Source: the human T2T-CHM13v2.0 reference genome, Homo sapiens
Length of the DNA: 64,000 bases
NCBI RefSeq assembly: GCF_009914755.1
Contig: NC_060929.1
Direction: 5' to 3' (one strand)
The position numbers were made by a program, and so were the translations under genes. This document shows positions 58,831 through 64,000 of this stretch, one piece after another. The notes beneath the pieces were generated by a model, which was given only the letters and a program-made list of their open reading frames with translations, was not told the DNA's origin and made no database searches. How positions within the stretch are numbered: position 1 is the stretch's first letter; every line of letters starts with the position of its first letter.

Positions 58831-60683
58831 ATGGCCTCTCAAAAGTTTGTAGGGTCTTAAGGACAGATGACTTTTTTTTCAACCATGTAGCTTCCATTTG
58901 GGAGAAACCAGAAACATAAGCAGTTTTGTTGGTCATATTGAATGGTGGCTTCTTCAGGCTTTAAAGTTGGTACAGAACGATTTCATTTTATACCTGTAGC
59001 ATCACTTCTCAGAAGAAATTCAAAAATCAGATGTTGTATGGCATAGATTAATTTGTAGATGCTGTATATGCTTTCCCATGAATATTAACTCTTTAGTAAA
59101 CTGTAGGATAATAATTAGCATGTAGAAACCAGTCTATTTCAGAGAAGGTTAGAGATTTAGATGCTAAAGAACATCCCCAGGAGTTCTTTTCCCTCCTTTG
59201 GTACTGGCCATTTAGCATTTCAAGTGATGGAGAAAGGCACTCAGAAAGAAGTGCTCACTCAGGCAGCACACTCCCTTCCTTTGAGATTTTAGCCTAAGTG
59301 GCATTAGGAAGTAGTCAACATGGACAATGTGGGCTCCTGCAAATAACTCTACAAGTTAAATTGACTTTGCATGTAACAGAAACATGCACCTGGAAGACAT
59401 TTATTCAAATAACTCATTGTGCAAGGTGGTGGATGCAGCCAGAAAGATCTTTAGCAGGCTTGTCAAATTACTGTAGTAACAGGAGTAAGAAAGGGGCTGG
59501 ATAACTTAGATAATTGAAGCTGCCAGATGATCAAAAACTCGTTTGTTGAATTGGACTAATAGGCTCCCGATCAGCATCAGTCCTAGTGAACAAGGACTAC
59601 AACTACATATACTAGCAATAAGGTAGTGCTTCTAATATCTGACCATTAAATTCAAGAGAAGAGAAAGGAAAGAGCCATTTCAAGGCAGGTTGACTTAAAG
59701 GCTGTTATGCAAATTCCACAGACATATAAATAAATCATACTAATCCAGAGGCTCTCTAAGCATCATTGGGCTTTAAGGGACAATCAGCCATTCCCTGCTA
59801 GGAAGAGGCAAAAACACCTAATATCAGTCTTTGTTCTTGGGTATTATTAGAAAGATCTGGTGATTGAGCATCAGTCAGCAGCAGAGCTCAGTAGCAAGTT
59901 TCTGACTTGAATCAGCAGTTGGGCTTTGCACATTTCTAACCATCAGACAGAACTCACCTTTACATCTGTATTAGCAACTGATGCAATTGTGTTTATGCTA
60001 GAAAGGAGCAATTTAGGAGATAGATTTCAAGACTTTGAGAGAAAATTAGCGTCTGAACTCAGCCTCTTTAGAATGAGTGGTCCTACCCAGCTTATGAGGA
60101 ATGGATGTGGGTGGGTTAATCATGAAAGAGTGGTTAACAGCTTGGTTTTGGTGTCAGATGAGAGCATATTCCAGTTCTCCTATTTAATAGCTGTCTGGCA
60201 TTGAATATATTATTTAAGTTGATTGATTTTTAGCCTTTTCTCTTTAAAATAAGGAGGACAGTATCATCTATTGGTTCTTTATTAAAATGGAAATGATAGT
60301 ACCATTCTTATAAAGATTAAATATATAAAAAGGCATTTAAGGTGCTTAGTTATATGGAACATCTACCAAGTTATACCATGTTCTGGTACATAAAACAAGT
60401 CTTAATACATTTAAAAGGATACCAATGATACAATATGTTTTCTGACCAAAACAGAATTAAATTAGAGATCAATAACACAAAGATATCTATAAAATCCCCC
60501 GAATATTTGAAAATTATATAAAACACTGCTTAATAATCCTTGGATTAAAGAGGACATCAGAAGGAAATTAAGAAAGTATTTTGAACTGAATATAAATAAA
60601 AATAAGGCATGAATTTATGAGATGCTGCTAAAGCAGTATTTAGGAGAAAATTTATAGCACTAAGTGCCTATACTAGAAAATAA

Positions 60684-61408
60684 AAACCACAGTGAGATAC
60701 CATCTCACACCAGTCAGAATGACTATTACTAAAAAGTCAAAAAATAACAGACGCTGGTGAGGTTGTGAAGACAAAGAAACACCTATACACTTTTGGTGGG
60801 AGTGTAGATTAGTTCAACCATTGTGGAAAGCTGTATGACAGTTCCTCAAAGAGCTAAAAACAGAACTACCATTCTACCCAGCAATCCCATTACTGGCTAT
60901 ATACCCAGAGGAATACAAATCATTCTACCATAAAGACACATGAATGTGTATGTTCATTGCAGCACTATTCACGATAGCAAAGACATGAAATCAACCTAAA
61001 TGTCCATCAGTGGTAGACTGGATACAGAAAATGTAATACATATACAGCATGGAATACTATGAAGCCATAAAAAAGAATGAGATCATGTCTTTTGTAGGAA
61101 CATGGATGGAGCTAAAGGCTATTATCCTCAGCAAACTAACACAGGAAAGGAACAGAAAACCAAATACTGCCAGGTGGGAGCTAAATGATGAGAACTTATG
61201 AACACAAAGAAAGAAATAATAGACACTGGGGTCTACTTGAGGGTGGAGGGTGGGAGGAGGTAGAGGAACAGAAAATATAACTATTGGGTACTGAGCTTAA
61301 TTCCTGGGTGATGAAATGATCTGTACAACAAACCTCCATGACGTGAGTTTACCTATGTAACGAACTTTCACATGTGCCCCCGAACCTAAAACAAAAGTTA
61401 AAAAAAAA
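60684..61408 (+). mobile_element. L1PA11-13-like 3' end
   Basis: 3' UTR GGGTGGAGGGTGGGAGGAGG...CCATGACGTGAGTTTACCTATG and an A tail; TSD AGAAAATAA. Confidence 0.88.
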
Positions 61409-62134
61409 AGAAAATAAGAAAGTTCTCAGATCAATGACCTGAGATTCCACCTGCAAAAAAAAAAAAATAGTATGTTAAAGCCAAAGAAGCAGAGAAAAGG
61501 AAATAATAAAAATCAGGGAACATGTCAATGAAATAGAAAAACAATACAGGAAAATCATTGAAATAAAAAACTAGTTCTTTGAGATCAATAAAATTGATAA
61601 ACCACTAACTAAACTGAGTAGGAAAAAGAAGAGAAGACATTAATTATGAAAGATCAGAAATGAGAAAAGTAGCAGAATTACAGATTCTACAGATATTAAA
61701 AGAATAATAAGAGAATATTTTGAACAACACTATGCCTATAAAATAAATGATATATGCTTATAAATTTGACAAAAAATGAAATGGACAAATTTATTGAAAG
61801 ATACAATCTATCAAAGATCTCTCAATGATAAATAGCCTGAATTTGTAGTTAAACTTCTCACAAAAATGCACAAAACAAACAAAAACCCCACCAAATTCCA
61901 GGTACAGAAAACTTCCTTGGAATCCTATCAAAAATATAATAAATAATATGCAAACTCTTCCAGGAAGTTGAACATAAAAGAATACTTACCAACTTATTCT
62001 ATGAGCCCACCATTAAAAATGATATTACAAGATAAGAAAATTATAGGCCAATATTCTTGAAAATCATAGAGCAAAAAATCTTAAGTAAAACAGTAAATCA
62101 AATTTCAATGAATATAAAAAGGATAATATATTAT

Positions 62135-62752
62135 TGATACAGCTCTGATGAGTGGAGAACACCAGGTTCTTTTTCTCTAGTGGAATTAGAAAAAAAAGAC
62201 ACAGACACATGTTGAGTAGTTTTAAGGAGCAGGGAGTTTAATAGGCAAGAAAGAAGGTGGAAGAAAGAAAGAAGCTCCCCTGTACAGAGAGAGAGGGAGA
62301 GGGGCGCCAAAGCTGAGAAATGGAACCCCACTTTCAGGTAGTATCAGCCAGCTATATTCGATGGCTGGAGGAGGCAGTGTTTGATTTGCATAGGGCTCAG
62401 GGGATTGGTTAGACCAGGCATGTCATTCATGTAGCCCGCAAAAAAACTGGCCCTCCCACCCTAGTCTTTTAATATGCAAATACAGGGCGCCATGATGTTC
62501 CACACATATGGGGATATGTGGGGGCGGCCATGCTGCTAGGCACATATGGGGGCAAGTGCAAGAAGACAAAGGTGGGAATAGCCATGTTGGGTGGACCCAG
62601 TTTCTAAAGGTTGGCATTTGCATATCAAAGGTTTCCTGCCTGGGTCTAAGAGCCAGGGCTTTCATGCTAGACAAGAGCTGTGAAAAATCTTCCAAGGACC
62701 CCCTTTTTCCTCTCTAGCTGCCTAAAATAATTTCTTAATAATTCCTACCTCA
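62135..62752 (-). mobile_element. ERV1 solo LTR (MER50/MER51 group)
   Basis: TG...CA termini, 4-bp TSD TTAT (62131-62134 and 62753-62756), 618 bp. Confidence 0.85.
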
Positions 62753-62862
62753 TTATGACCAAGTAAATTGAATTATTCTGGAGCTTATCCAAGATATGCA
62801 AAATTGGTTTAACATTTGAAAAATCAATCAATGTAATTCACCATATTAACAGACGAAAAAAG

Positions 62863-62864
<2 letters not shown>

Positions 62865-62902
<38 letters not shown>

Positions 62903-62905
62903 CCA
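62865..62905. repeat. (CA)n microsatellite
   Basis: Direct reading. Confidence 0.95.
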
Positions 62906-63099
62906 CAAAACCACCAAAAATGCAGAAAAACACGTAACAAAATATAATGTATATTTATGAAAGAAAAAAAATTCTTAGCAAACTAGGAATAAAGGAAAAT
63001 TCCTCAACTCAATAAAAGGCCCATAAAACACCTATTTTGTATAATAGGTGTTTCACAATAATAAAATTAAGTGAAAGATTGAAAGCTTTCCCCCTATAA

Positions 63100-63428
<329 letters not shown>

Positions 63429-64000
63429 AAGATGTCCATTCTTACTACTTCTATTCAACATTGTACTGATGTTTTAGCTAATAAAATAAGACAAGAAGAA
63501 GAAATAAACAATAGATAGAATAGAAAGGAAAAAGAAAGCCGTCTTTACTCTCAGATGATATAATCATCTGCATAGAAAATCCTATAAACCTACCAAAAAG
63601 TCACTAGAAGTTGTAAATACGAGCATGGTTTCAGGATAGAAAATCAATATAAAAGATTACATTTATATATCATGGCAGTAAACTAAAATTAAGAAACTAT
63701 GTCACCTATAGTAGAATCAAAAATATGAAATAGGAAATATTTTTGACAAAATATGTGTAAGATGTACACTGAAAACTACAAAACACTGTTAAAAGAAATT
63801 AAAGAGCTATAAATGGAAATATATACAATGTTCATGGATCAATGAAGATGATGCAATATTAAGATGTCAGTTCCCCCCCAAATTAATCAATAGTTTTAGT
63901 GTAATCCCAATAAAAATCCTTGCAGAGTTTACTGTACAAATTTACAAGCTAATTATAAAATTTATATAAAAATGCGAAAGACCTAGGATAGCCAAAATAA

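Overview
Human non-coding DNA dominated by transposable elements; the species call rests on a near-consensus AluYb9, a human-specific subfamily. I found no supportable host protein-coding exon, tRNA, rRNA or CRISPR array, and nearly all long ORFs derive from L1, MaLR or Alu. Bases 1-15.8 kb are a nested retroelement stack: THE1D inside MSTA, next to an old L1MA1/2 that carries a minus-strand L1PA with a doubled 3' end, two Alus, an inverted ORF2 patch and an L1PB. Bases 15.8-60 kb are older sequence with MIR, L2, MLT1, hAT MITEs, solo LTRs, Alus and L1 fragments. Bases 60-64 kb are another nested old L1. I found no new biological system. The most notable items are a MADE1 whose palindrome extends 17 bp into non-element flank, the doubled L1 3' end inside one TSD, a probably polymorphic AluYb9, an unassigned ~63-nt hairpin, and a ~340-codon open THE1-int frame. 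Subfamily names come from recalled consensus sequences, and boundaries of old repeats are approximate.
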